Below, one piece after another: positions 12,411 through 24,342 of a DNA stretch of 64,000 bases (its first letter is position 1; every line of letters begins with the position of its first letter). The DNA is from Podarcis liolepis (Eukaryota), in the NCBI GenBank assembly GCA_965112155.1, contig OZ218103.1. The stretch is one strand, 5' to 3'. The translations under genes were made by a program, and so were the position numbers. Under the pieces are notes generated by a model. The model was not told where the DNA came from. It saw only the letters and a program-made list of their open reading frames with translations, and ran no database searches.

Positions 12411-14567
12411 TAAGGCAATCACTGCACATTTTAACAGCTACTCAATACATAAGTGAATGGTAGGTTGCCAATCCCTGCAAGTTTGGGCTGAAGAGTTAAC
12501 ATATACCAGGGCAGGATATGCTAATATTTCCATTTTATTGTTAATAAATAGAAGGCAGCGTTCCTTTTTCAAAGAGTAGCACTTTACTCCAATCTTAACT
12601 TCATCATAACATAACTTTTGTACACTTTAGTGAGAAGCATATTCCTGCTGTTTGCTCTGTTTTGTTCCAAGGCTCAAAAAGAGTAGCAGCTATGCTGTGT
12701 GTTTTCATTTCAACATGTACCAATACCCCACTTTCCTTTCAGAAGGAAGCCCAGATAAACAGCATACAAAAACAAGTATCAGAAGACAACCAAGCAATAT
12801 GAAAACAAGCTACAATAAGCCTGCAGAGCGCTGATTCAATGCCTAAAAGAAAGCCAATTAATAAACACTACCCCCCAAAATAAACCAAACAATGGGTTAA
12901 TAAAACACATACATTAGTCAAAACTGAAGCAGCCAATATACTAGGAATTGGGACATACCATTAAAAGGGGGCAAATCCACCCTAGAGACAGGAGAAACCA
13001 AGAAAACCACCACACACAATAGCAGCAAAGAATACTAAGAGCCACAATACCCCCAAAACCTCTCATGTAAAACCTCTCTCACTGCAGGTTACTATTCCCT
13101 TGCATTATATGAGTATGGGTGACACGGTTTTTAAGCATCCAAAGGAAAACAAACAGCAACGTGAAATTGAATTACTGCTGCTCAAGTGCAAAGTGTACAG
13201 TAGCAAGAGCACATACTGCAGTAAACCAGCAGGCATCAGAAAGGCATCCGTAGCAAACTAAAGCCAGGTCTATTTTGAAAATTCAGCCCTAACTTCAAAG
13301 AAGCCGCCAGATAGGCAAAGCAAGGAACTAGTAGAGAGCAGCTCTGCTTTTAAACCCACCTTATAGTCAAAGGCGACTTTCCACATTTTTACCATAGATG
13401 GGAGTGGGTATGCAAGGCTGGACAAATTACCATCCTGAAAAATCGTGTGCCCATATGTCTAAATTTGAAATTAGCACCACCGGAATGATAGTGGGAGAAG
13501 CAATACAGCAGACCCAGCTGTTTGTTCCACTTTGGTTTTGAAACCTTTAAAGCTTGTCAGTTAAAGTTTCTTTCCTCTTTAAAATGAAAAAAAAGGGGGG
13601 GATACAAAGAAGCTGTCTCTGCTTCTTCAACTGGTCTTCAACTGCTGGGTCTGGACGCATTACAGGTCATGTCCTGCTCTAAGGTGGGTTGCAGCAGCCA
13701 CAGTACCACCATACAAATACATGGTTAAAAAAGGAAAGGAAGAAATGTTTGGGCTAAAAGGTGGGTCCTCAGTTCAGAACAGACTACCGATGTGGAGGGG
13801 TTTTTGTTCCAGTCTCAGAAACTAAGAAAAACCAAACAACTAAGGACGTAGTGGTCCTAAAGGACTCTTGGGAAGAAATAATTTCTATCCCAAGCACATG
13901 CATCTATCAAGAACCCTCCATTAAAGAAAATGCCGCTGTGAGTGGGATAAAAACTATGGGGAATCACATACACACAATCACACACACAAAAGTAAACAAT
14001 ACTTTCTGAGGTTCAAACATGGGGAAGGGAGAATAGGGGAGGTTAATCCTCCCCCACCCATACTCACTATTAGGGAGAGTTCAGAGGCAATATTGATTTC
14101 TTCCCATTCATGTTCCTATAACCTGTAAGGTATTTTGCCACTTGTACAGCTTAAATAATCCTGTAGGGGTAATATGGATCAGAGGACTTTCCTTTTCCAT
14201 CCCAAAGGAAACCTGTAAATAGTGATGGCAGTAGACCTCGTAACAACTTTAAGGAGCCCATAGGGAAAACTGGGGTCTGTATTCTACCCTTATACTGCCA
14301 GGATTCCATAGCAATATGCATTCATATGATCTTCTCATTTTCCTTTTAAGCACACTCTTTTTCTGAGTACCTGGGTTGCTCTGCTGATATACTGGTTGGC
14401 ATGGGGCCACTCACTTCTCTAAATAGAATTAAGTATGGCAAGTTCTGGACTTTAATATTTTGTAAGTCTCTATGCATTGAGTTTGTAAAAAGCGAAAAAC
14501 TCAGAACTACAAGGAGGAAGACAAAGGTTATGTCATCCTACAGAGCTGGGCAAGAATTAGTTGACAT

Positions 14568-14621
14568 CACACACACACACACACACACACAGAGAGAGAG
14601 AGACAGAGAGAGAGAGAGAGA
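14568..14621. repeat. Compound (CA)n(GA)n microsatellite
   Basis: Direct reading. Confidence 0.95.
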
Positions 14622-15494
14622 CTTATTGACAAAAGGAAGAAAAAGAGGAGTTGAAAAAAGTCAGTTTTTTATTCTGCATACATTCAAAATCATCACTTCT
14701 GACTGAATTTATTTAGAGTAACTGTTTCCCCTAGCTGTACGCACAATCAGTAACATGTCCAGTGAGAGATGCTCTAGATTACTTACTTAGTAAATTGCCT
14801 GGTACACTGACAGCAGGAATTATTTGCAGTGAGGTTTGGCACTGGATAGGCCCAGCAGCTGGTATCTGCTTGACTTTAATAAAATGCTAGATTTTTTGCA
14901 GGGCAGGAGGGGATACTTATAGAAAATTCTTTTTGGAAGACGAAAAAGGTTCCTTTTTCTAAATTTCTCATTTGAGATAGTTAAGAACGCACTATTGTCA
15001 TGTTTTCAAGCTTTTCTCTGCAACCAGAAAAGCTAGGAATTTGTTTTAAACATAAAGTGAAAGAAGATTCTAATATTGACTCACGTTACTTTAGCAGTAT
15101 ACTACAAATAGTTATATCAGTGTAAAGGAGGAAATACCAATTATCTTAAACTGGTAACACCAATTCTGTTAGATCAATGGGCAGAGTTTTGCTATCCCAA
15201 TTCTATATGGCAGTGCCATTTCACCTTAATAAATCTATCTACAATTGACGTAAGACTAAAACAAAATGGCTAAAACGCAACAGACACACTAGGGTGTCTT
15301 GTTTTAATTTTGTCTCTTGATAAAGAAAACAAGCTGCCAAGCCAGCAAAGAAGTGAAGAAGAAGAAAAACATTAACTGGGACTGATCAGAGAAGCGGTCA
15401 GCAAGTTTGAAAGCGGAAGAGGGGCAGCAAAAAAGGGATATTTCTTTTTTCTACCTTTTCTTTCCTATGCGTGGTTCCCCCCTCCCTTTTTTTG

Positions 15495-15690
15495 GCACGA
15501 TAGACCGACAAACTGGGAACAACATAATTGCTGAAATGTGGCGTGTAATAATAGCTATTCAGAAGCTGATCATTCATATTAAACAGGGTGAAGCAAGCTT
15601 CTCATTTGCATGTTTGAGATTATATGCATTTCAAAAGTCATTTCCGCAGGGTGTATGAATGACATTAATTCCCATGTGGAGTTGTCGACT
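15495..15690. promoter_or_regulatory. Candidate conserved intronic enhancer
   Basis: High-complexity block between low-complexity flanks, with an octamer ATTTGCAT at 15604-15611 and several TAAT motifs. Confidence 0.45.
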
Positions 15691-15714
15691 CTCTCCTGTA
15701 GTCCCTCACACTAT

Positions 15715-15717
<3 letters not shown>

Positions 15718-15759
<42 letters not shown>
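15718..15759. repeat. (CA)n microsatellite
   Basis: Direct reading, about 21 units. Confidence 0.95.
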
Positions 15760-15761
<2 letters not shown>

Positions 15762-16748
15762 ACATACTTGTAGCTGCAGGAGAATTCAAGGGCACAGAGA
15801 TTACTGCATTTTTGGTTTTGTTGAAAATATACATGTTTCAGGCTAGTGATACTAGGACACAGGATAGTAGGGCACCGGAGAAACAGCATTCTGAGACAAA
15901 GGCTGTTGAACTTGGACTGTGGGAGTTGCAAAGTTAGCAGGAAAGATGATGAACATTTTGCAAGCAAAACAGAGATACAATTCAGCTTTTAGTCACATGC
16001 TAACTATACAAAGCTGCTGACAGTGCTTTCCAACATGCATCTTCCTACTTCACAGGGACACAAACTCTATTTTCAGCAAATAAGTTGTTCAAAATGTGAA
16101 AAAGAACTTGGTTTTCAAAATCTCAACCACACTTTAAAAAAAAAAAGTAATCCTAGCTGTACACATTATCAGTATTACCTACATTGTGAGTGCTGCTCAG
16201 ACCTTCATAGTCCAATAGGATTCCTTTCCCCTTCCCTTTTTATATTCCTGCAATATTTTCTTTCAATTTATCAACTCCCTCCATCAAATCAGTGCCTCTG
16301 AAGCTTTTTTATTCTGTAGAAAAATTATACCCTGCATTTTCACTCCACAAAAGGAGTTGCTTGAAATGGCTTATAAAAATAAAAGTAAGAATAAATTCCT
16401 AATTAAACCATAAAAACACAAAGTTATGAAGCTAAAAACAGCATCTAAAGCAAACATAAAGAGCAGCACAACCATAAAAGCAGCTACAGAATCTTGTTTC
16501 AAAAAGAACATTTCAATCACTGGTGGGCAAAAAGTATGATTGTATATTGTTTTGTTTCAATTTATAAATACGGTGTGAGCACATGTGAAGGCCGTTAATA
16601 CGAACACCAGAAGCTGCTGTATAGCAAATCATCATGCAAACCTCCCTGCAACCTCACACCCTCCTCTTCCTGGTAAGCAAGAGAGACCCATCTGCCAGAA
16701 TTGTAGCATAGAAGCTGCACTCCACTAGGCAAGTCACTTCTGCCATTC

Positions 16749-16900
16749 CATTGGCGCATCTAGCTCAGCATTGTCTCCATGACTGGCAGTAGCTGTCCAG
16801 GGTTTAAGTCAAGAGTATTTCCAGCATCACCTAGTAATTCTGGTAACTGACTTCCTGCAATCAATACATGTGCTCTGCCACTGAGCTATAGCCTCTCCCT
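16749..16900 (-). mobile_element. Same tRNA SINE family, reverse orientation
   Basis: CATCTAGCTCAGCATTGTCT...GACTGGCAG...TGCTCTGCCACTGAGCTAT is the reverse complement of the 18.4 kb family. Confidence 0.65.
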
Positions 16901-17201
16901 CTTTATCCAAGGATAAAAACATTTAGAACTAAAAGTGGGAGAGCAATTTTAAAATCACATGAACATTTTCGCCAGCATAGGCTTTGCTATTACAAGCGTG
17001 GGAACACAAAAGTAGATTTTAATCTTATACATGACGCATAGAAACAACATGAATCCATCTCCTTCAACTTGCCATTCCCCTCCATTACATCTTTGTTCAG
17101 CAGGCAATCCTAGCCACTTAAAGAAAAAAGACAGAGAAAAAACATGCAGCTTGCTCCAAAACGTCATGAGTTTGTATAACTGGTCAGGAGGCAAGGTGGA
17201 G

Positions 17202-17340
17202 TAGAATCACAGAATTCGAGAGTTGGAAAGGTCGCTGAGGATCATGTAGACCAACACCCTGCAACGCAGGAATATGCAGCAGTCCCGAACTGGGATTGAA
17301 CCTACAACCTTGTCGTTATCAGCACTGTGCTCTAACCAGA
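17202..17340 (-). mobile_element. tRNA-derived SINE with CR1-like tail (Squam2/Anolis SINE2-like)
   Basis: Minus strand: TGGTTAGAGCACAGTGCTGATAACGACAAGGTTGTAGGTTCAATCCC (tRNA-like head) followed by ...TTCCAACTCTCGAATTCTGTGATTCTA (CR1-type 3' end). Confidence 0.75.
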
Positions 17341-17637
17341 TCCATTTTGTTTACCTACAGTTCTTTTCTAGCTTTTCTCCAGAGCTTAGGTACACTTAAA
17401 TCAAACCAATTATAATAGGTCAACTGTACATATTAGTTTTATAGGTACAGATAATGTTTGCAGATGGAAAAAAAAACGTAACAGAAAACATGCTACATGA
17501 ATCATGCAGTTATGAATTGTGTTTATCTATACCATGATACTTCGTATACAGAAGGGAGTATCTCTTCCAAGAGAGCACTTGCCATGAAAAAAGTATACAT
17601 TATCTAACTGACTGATTGTATGCTTGAAAGTTTATAC

Positions 17638-17677
17638 TGTATTGTATTGTATTGTATTGTATTGTATTGTATTGTAT
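17638..17677. repeat. (TATTG)n pentanucleotide repeat
   Basis: About 8 perfect units. Confidence 0.95.
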
Positions 17678-18348
17678 GTTGCCTAGCGGTTCGCTGCATG
17701 AAGTGACTGATAAATATAAACAACTAAGTAACTTTTAAAAATAGAAACAAAGTAGTCCTTTCTTCCTCAAAAGTATTCATCCACCCATCCATACACGCAG
17801 TTAGCAGATTCAAATGCATACCATCAACTAACGTTTTATTGGGCAACACATGATGTGTTACAGGTGCTGCGATACAGTATGGTTCCTGCTTTCTCTTGTC
17901 TGGTTCCTATGCTCCTCTGACAATATTTGAATGAAGAGCAAACTTGGGATGGTTTAAAATGGTTTACTTCTCCCTCTACCCACATCAACAGCATTTATAT
18001 GAGTACATCTAGAGAACAAGGCAAGGTACTTTTAGTGCCATGTATGAAAATGCCTTAACCCTGGGATCCTCATGTGATGGTTTGGGAAGGCAGCATGGCT
18101 GGTAGTGGTGTCCAGTTAGAGCACCATCAAGAAAAAAAATTCGAAACAACTGCTGCAGAACAAAATCCCAGGCTTATCTTTATCTCTTCCCATGGATGCC
18201 CCAAGCAAATGCACTGGGTACTCATTTAATCCTAGTCCTGCCTGTCTGAAAACTGCTATTGTGGTAGACGGAAAAAGAAAACAAGCCAGATGCACTGAGA
18301 AATCCCAAACACACCAAGAACTGAACCATGAAGAAATACTATAGATCT

Positions 18349-18563
18349 GGGAAGAGACCACAGTTCAGCGGTAGAACACATGCTATGTGTGAGAAGGTCC
18401 TAGGCGGAATCCCTGACATCTCCTGGTTTGGCTTGGTTTTTAAAGGGATCAGGTAGCAGGTGATGTGAAAGACCTCGGCCTGAGACTCTGCTGCCAGTCA
18501 ACAGACAATATTGAGCTAGATGGATAAATAGTCTGAGCTAGTATAAGTCAACTTCCTATGTCC
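18349..18563 (+). mobile_element. Squamate tRNA SINE (Squam3-like, tentative family name)
   Basis: tRNA-like head (CAGTTCAGCGGTAGAACA...AAGGTCCTAGGCGGAATCCCTG) and 3' part GCTGCCAGTC...GAGCTAGATGGA...CTTCCTATGT, shared with other copies in the window. Confidence 0.75.
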
Positions 18564-20320
18564 CCATCTATCACAGAGGGCGATACAAGGTTGCATAAGT
18601 CTTCAAAGCTCCAACCCACTATGATATGGGAGGACAGTTTCATGATGAGATAAAGTATTTTAAAGTTAAACAGGTTCATGTTCCAAATATGTTTTCAAAT
18701 ATTTTAGTAATGAATATTCAAGAGCCTACAGTTTATAGGGACTTCTAAGCATTTTAGGAAAGCAGTTGTTCCTGTACTGGCCATAGAAATACTGGAATAT
18801 AAGAGTATTTATTCTCCCCCATAGGTCTAAAAGAATATCCTGATGACCACACCACATACAACCCTTGCACTGAACATGTTCATTGAAGCTCCAGTGGGCT
18901 AAACACTATATTGAGCTTTAAAGTTCAACTGTCACCAGCCATGCCAGAAAGTGGCTAAGCATTTCTGTACTCTGAAGAACAGTAACATTCCAAAATGAGC
19001 CCATGCCACATGACACCCAGACATTCCTGTGATCCACAACTTGTACACCAGGTGTGTATGATATAGGCAAGTGATACAATTTTACCAAAATCAAACTCCC
19101 ACCAGTTTGCAAAACTATCAACATTCCCAACATATATGTCTTTCCTTGGTGGGGTGGTGTTTTTTTTGTGTGTGCCCTTTTTACTGTCTTCCCCACTCTT
19201 AATCTTAATTCTCAAACTTTCGCTGCATGGGCGGCGGTGTTTGAGAGAAATAGATAGAATCAATTTTCATCCAAACCGGGGGGGGGGGTTGTTCCTAGTT
19301 AAGTGAGAGTTTACTCCACAAAGTGTTAGGGACAAAATGCTGTTTACAGTTTTAGAGGACTGTGTCAGATAGTTAACCCTCTACTGATATATGCCGGCAA
19401 CTTTTTAAAAAATGCAGCTAGAATAAGCAAGGGAAAGAGCAGTCATATTCCCACATCTGAGGTTTGCCAATAAAAAATTGACATGCAACCCTAAAAGTGG
19501 TTCTAAACTCAGGGAAGTGTAACATACCCTCAAGTTATGACTTTTTAACACACAATGATTTGGAAAAAGTTTTAAATTATGGCTTTTAAAGACATTAGGT
19601 TCCCAGTGCTATTTGGACAACTATAGCACCCAGAAGGCTCAGTAAGGCCTGTGTCTCCTCCCCAAAGGGCTGCTTTGCGGGCTATAGTTTAAGAGCATAC
19701 ATCACAGAGCATGCAGCTTGACTGACACATTTTAAATAGATGCATGCAGCGGCGTGACAGATGTGATTGAACAAGATGTGTACACTTTGAGCCTACATAT
19801 TATTACTACACTTATAGCTCACTTTTCTTCCACAGAGCTCAAAATGGCATATCAATAGCACCACCAGACTGTCAGCATTTTGCACGAAGGAGTCAAGCAC
19901 ATACCAAGAAATTTAGGTTTATGCAATTAAAGTGGATTAAAGTGCTTTATCATCCCACCACAACAAATCCACTTTAAAAAAGAAACTGACTTTTGTGGTT
20001 AGGGAAGTGACAGGGAAATGCATTGAAAAGTGTGACGTGAACAAATGGTCACTGCAAAGACTTATGAATACACCACAAGCAAATCAGGATGAATGCTCAT
20101 TGTTGTATGGCCTCCCCACAAACAAATCAGAACCCCCAGGTACAACGTAACTCCTGTGAAAGCAAATCAGGATGAATGATCAATAAATAGGTTGTCTGGA
20201 AGACCCCAAAGAATTCCCAGATAGTATCCCTAATTTACATGCTAAGAATACCCAGGCCTGCTTCAAGGCAACAAGTCTGTTGAATCACATGCCTTCAGAC
20301 CACAACCCTGGCTACAGCCT

Positions 20321-20405
20321 CATAAGAACATAAGAGCTTGTTGGATCATGCCCATCTAGTCCTGTATCCTGTACTCTCACAGTGGCCAACCAATGCCTGT
20401 GGGAA
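20321..20405 (-). mobile_element. CR1 3' end, (CATAAGAA)n type
   Basis: CATAAGAACATAAGA...TGGATCA...CCATCTAGTCC...TCACAGTGGCCAACCA. Confidence 0.65.
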
Positions 20406-20714
20406 AAACTCAGTTCTGACAATTCTCTAAACCACAATTTGGAAGGATTAGAAACATGACACTGGTTTCCTCCTCAGTTTCCTGATTTGTTCTAACTATA
20501 GCTTGTCATGGCATCCAAATCAAGCAAACCATAGTTGCCAGATTCCAAATCCATGCTTAGAACAACCAGGAAATGGAGAACTTTAGATGGAAGGACTGAA
20601 GCCATGGTCTATTTCCAGCCTTCAAATCACATTCTGAACGGGATGTCTGAGCTAGACAATGGGAAAATATTTAGGCTGCAATTCTGTACCCATTTACTTG
20701 GGACTAAGCCCTAT

Positions 20715-21060
20715 GACACAGGTGGCGCTGTGGGTTAAACCACAGAGCACAGGGCTTGCCAATCAGAAGGTCGGCGGTTTGAATCCCCGCGACGGGGTGA
20801 GCTCCTGTTGCTCGGTCCCAGCTCCTGCCAACCTAGCAGTTTGAAAGCACGAAGTGCAAGTAGATAAATAGGCACCACTCTGGTGGGAAGGTAAACGGCA
20901 TTTCCATGTGCTGCTCTGGTTCACCAGAAGCGGCTTAGTCATGCTGGCCACATGACATGGAAGCTGTACGCCAGCTCCCTCGGCCAGTAAAGCGAGATGA
21001 GTGCTGGAAGCCCAGAGTCCTCTGCGACTGGACCTAATGGTCAGGGCTCCCTTTACCTTT
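20715..21060 (+). mobile_element. Sauria SINE, full length
   Basis: A box TGGCGCTGTGG, B box GGTTTGAATCC, typical body, CTTTACCTTT tail. TSD TAAGCCCTATGA at 20705-20716 and 21060-21071. Confidence 0.95.
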
Positions 21061-22411
21061 AAGCCCTATGAACTCAGTTACTTCTCAGTAGACATGAATA
21101 GAATTGCACTCTTAGTCACGTCACACAATTGAGACAAATAATAATCATAGCAGTGAGTAACAAACTGACCCTAACATCAGCTCATGGCTTCAGATACATA
21201 CTTAGAATAAAGTCAAGTACCTATTTCACTGATGTTAATTCCACTTTTCTGCAAATGGTAAATAATAGAGGAGTATCTTCTACTTCACAACCACAATGCT
21301 TTTGCCCATTTGTTAGTACACTCACATCATTTACCAGTATGTAGTACTGGAATGAACCCTGATAGATGATATTTGCTTTTATATAAATGCCGCCTTCTGC
21401 CAGCCTTCTCACTTGAGTTGAAGCACTGGTCCCCGAGTTCCTTATTTATACAATGGGAGCAGTATTCTAGTTTATTTTTGGGGGATGAGCAAACCAACAC
21501 TATCAGTAAAGGATTGAAGGAGTGTTAAGCCTGGCAATGATTTTTTCAGCATGAATATCAGGAGAATTTATTGCGAACTTATTAGAAACCTTGGCAGGAA
21601 ACTGAAAAATCACCAAACTATAAATTGTCAAAACTAGAAATGGATCCTATAGTATAAACACAAACACACACACACAAATTTCTCTCAGCAACTGCTATGG
21701 CAAGCTACACCATTTTATCTGCATTCAGAAGAAGGCATGTGGGTACAATCAAGAAGTACTAGCCTAACAATTTAGTCAGTCTCTCCGGCACGAACTATCA
21801 CAAATCACCACCCATGGAAATCTGGACAAGTAAGTGTATATGGCATATCAAAATGGCAGCCAATAAGAACTACCAACTGACTAGATTTTTAGTAGTCTGA
21901 AAGGGCCTGTTTGCAGTTAAAGCCTAGTCTCAGTGCCAAGCAATTTTTAAATTTAAATGAATAAATAAGCAGTAAAGATACAGGTGAGCAGCGGTGGTTT
22001 TTCAGTCTTTCTGGGAGAGGTAATACTGGCAACAATACCACATACAAGTACATGCACAAATATAAAGAGCAGGGAGGTCAGACATTCATCCTTCAATGAT
22101 TAATTAGTGTGACTGGATAACTAATTGCGATTCTTTTTGTCTGGAATCAAAATAATTTCATTCAACAATTGTCCACTGATTTCACTTTCCTTATTTGTTT
22201 GTTTCAAAGTACACCTTTTATTTGGCAGTGAAAGGAGGTTAGGGAAAGAGGTAGACGAAAGAGACAGGCAACAGGAGTAAAGAGAGACCCAATACCATAT
22301 GGCACATAGGCATATTAATTACTGCTGCTTTTTAATTAACAATTGCTTAATCTGAGCAGTAACATTTGCCTTGACATCTTTTGACTCTCTCCTAACCTGT
22401 GAAGTGCGCAT

Positions 22412-22551
22412 NNNNNNNNNNNNNNNNNNNNNNNNNNNNNNNNNNNNNNNNNNNNNNNNNNNNNNNNNNNNNNNNNNNNNNNNNNNNNNNNNNNNNNNNN
22501 NNNNNNNNNNNNNNNNNNNNNNNNNNNNNNNNNNNNNNNNNNNNNNNNNNN
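22412..22551. other. Assembly gap (140 N)
   Basis: N run followed by (AG)n, so it probably hides a microsatellite. Confidence 0.99.
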
Positions 22552-23640
22552 AGAGAGAGCACAGAGATCAGCTGGTTTTGCTGTATGGACAGATCTCTCA
22601 CTGAGAGCAAGCACACGTAACAGCATATACATGTTATCTTCTAGAATTTTAAAATGAAGTACAGTATTTGCAGATCTGTGGGCAAGCTACAAGAGTCTGT
22701 TCTCTGTATTGGGAGAACTGTACGTGTAATGCAGTGGTGTACATGTACAAAAACACAGAAATGTTTATCCTTAAAGCAGCACAAAGCTCATCAAAATGTT
22801 CAGCAACCCACGTACTGTATGCTCTCGTTACAGAGGTAGCTATATTATGACAGTGCTCTGAAGCAACTGTTTCAAATTGCAGTTTTAACCATATACAAAA
22901 ACTGTAAAGTTAGATTCTCAAATATATTCTTCTCATAAAGTTTTTGAAGCAACAAGGGGTAAAAGCTTCACTTTCTCCTTCCACTTCTTGATCTCTTAAA
23001 CTACAGGAGCAAAAAAAAAAAAAAAGGAATCAGACAGACACCTTTACTTTTTCTTCTTCCAATATTCTGGTCCCACACACCTCAAGACAAGAGAGCTAAG
23101 CTAATGTGCTTGTAGCAACAGTCTGTAGATGCTCTTAATTGTCATTTCAACTCTGCACATATCTTACTAAAAGATTCCTTCTGCCAACATAAAATCATCA
23201 CCTCACATCCGTCCGCTTTGCTCTTCTGAATGTTGGGTAAATAACTTCTCCTGCCAAGAATATACTTGTCACCGATAGCAACCAGAAACTCCATGGCCTC
23301 AAGTCTTCCCCCAATGAGCACCTTCAACTGTCATGGAACCTTCTGCCATCAAAGATTCTGCTCTCGCCACCTTTACACATTTGACCCCCTGAGTAAGTCA
23401 CAGCAGATAAGACACCCACATGCATCATCTGTGTCTGTGCCTTCCACCTCACTGCCAAGTAGCACTGAGTGGCGGGGAGAAAGCAAGAGCCCATAAGCAC
23501 AACAGCAACATTCCAGAAGGCAGCAAAAACTCTGTATTTGCTTTCTACTTGGGCAGCAGGTGCACTTTCCAAAATGCTGAGGTAGCCGAGGAGAATAGAG
23601 TGCCCCACGCTGTAAGAGACAGCAAGGTCTACTTAGATCT

Positions 23641-24090
23641 GTGAGTTAGAAACTGCTAGGAGCCAAATGGCTCTTGGGACCTGGGTTGTGGGCGCCAAAA
23701 CAGAATGTACAGTCGCCATTTGGGGGGGGGGGTGTTCAGCAACACTTTTTATTTATTATTTTGATAAGCATGAACTAGTACACAATTCACATAAGTGAGA
23801 CTGTTAATATCACTTTAACAGAAATTATTAATACATGTTAAATTTAGTGTTTACAATATAAATATTGGTACCATACTTCAGTTTTCAAAACACTCTACTA
23901 TTTATTGCTAAACTCCTTAACATATTGTTTATCCTTAACATATACTTTGAGGCTTCAAAGCACAAACATTTCAGTAATCCTGAAGTTTCAGTCAGGCTCA
24001 AAACATGGCACCCAGATTTTTTGAGGTGCTCACAAATGGAGAATCTTTAGGCGCAAAATGCAGCTGGCGCCCTGCTAGTTTCGAACCCTG
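23641..24090. mobile_element. Older hAT-like non-autonomous element
   Basis: The right end AGTTTCGAACCCTG and the degenerate left end GAGTTAGAAACT are inversely similar. Subterminal GGCGCC/GGCACC motifs flank an AT-rich core. Confidence 0.5.
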
Positions 24091-24246
24091 TCTGTGAGGG
24101 TCTATTTTTAAGCTTGGAAAAGAAAAGTCATCAGAAGATAAGAGAATTCACTTCGATTAGAAAAAAAACCCCTGATTCTGTAAATAGTATATGGGCTAAA
24201 AAGGAGCAAATATCAATTTTGTCCAAACTTGAATGTCAAAAAGCAA

Positions 24247-24342
24247 TCTGAAGAAGTGTGCATGCACACAAAAGCTTATACCAAGAACAAACTTAGTTGG
24301 TGTCTAAGGTGCTACTGGACAATTCTTTTATTTTTTTATATG
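24247..24342 (+). mobile_element. Penelope-like element terminal fragment with a degenerate minimal hammerhead ribozyme
   Basis: CTGAAGA-A-GTGTGCATGCACAC-(A)AAAGCTTATACCAAGAAC...AAGGTGCTACTGG. Flanked by a 13-bp direct repeat TGTCAAAAAGCAA (24234-24246, 24343-24355). Confidence 0.8.

Noticed and set aside
17280-17340. tRNA-like sequence
   Set aside because: Head of a SINE fused to a CR1-type tail, with no intact cloverleaf.
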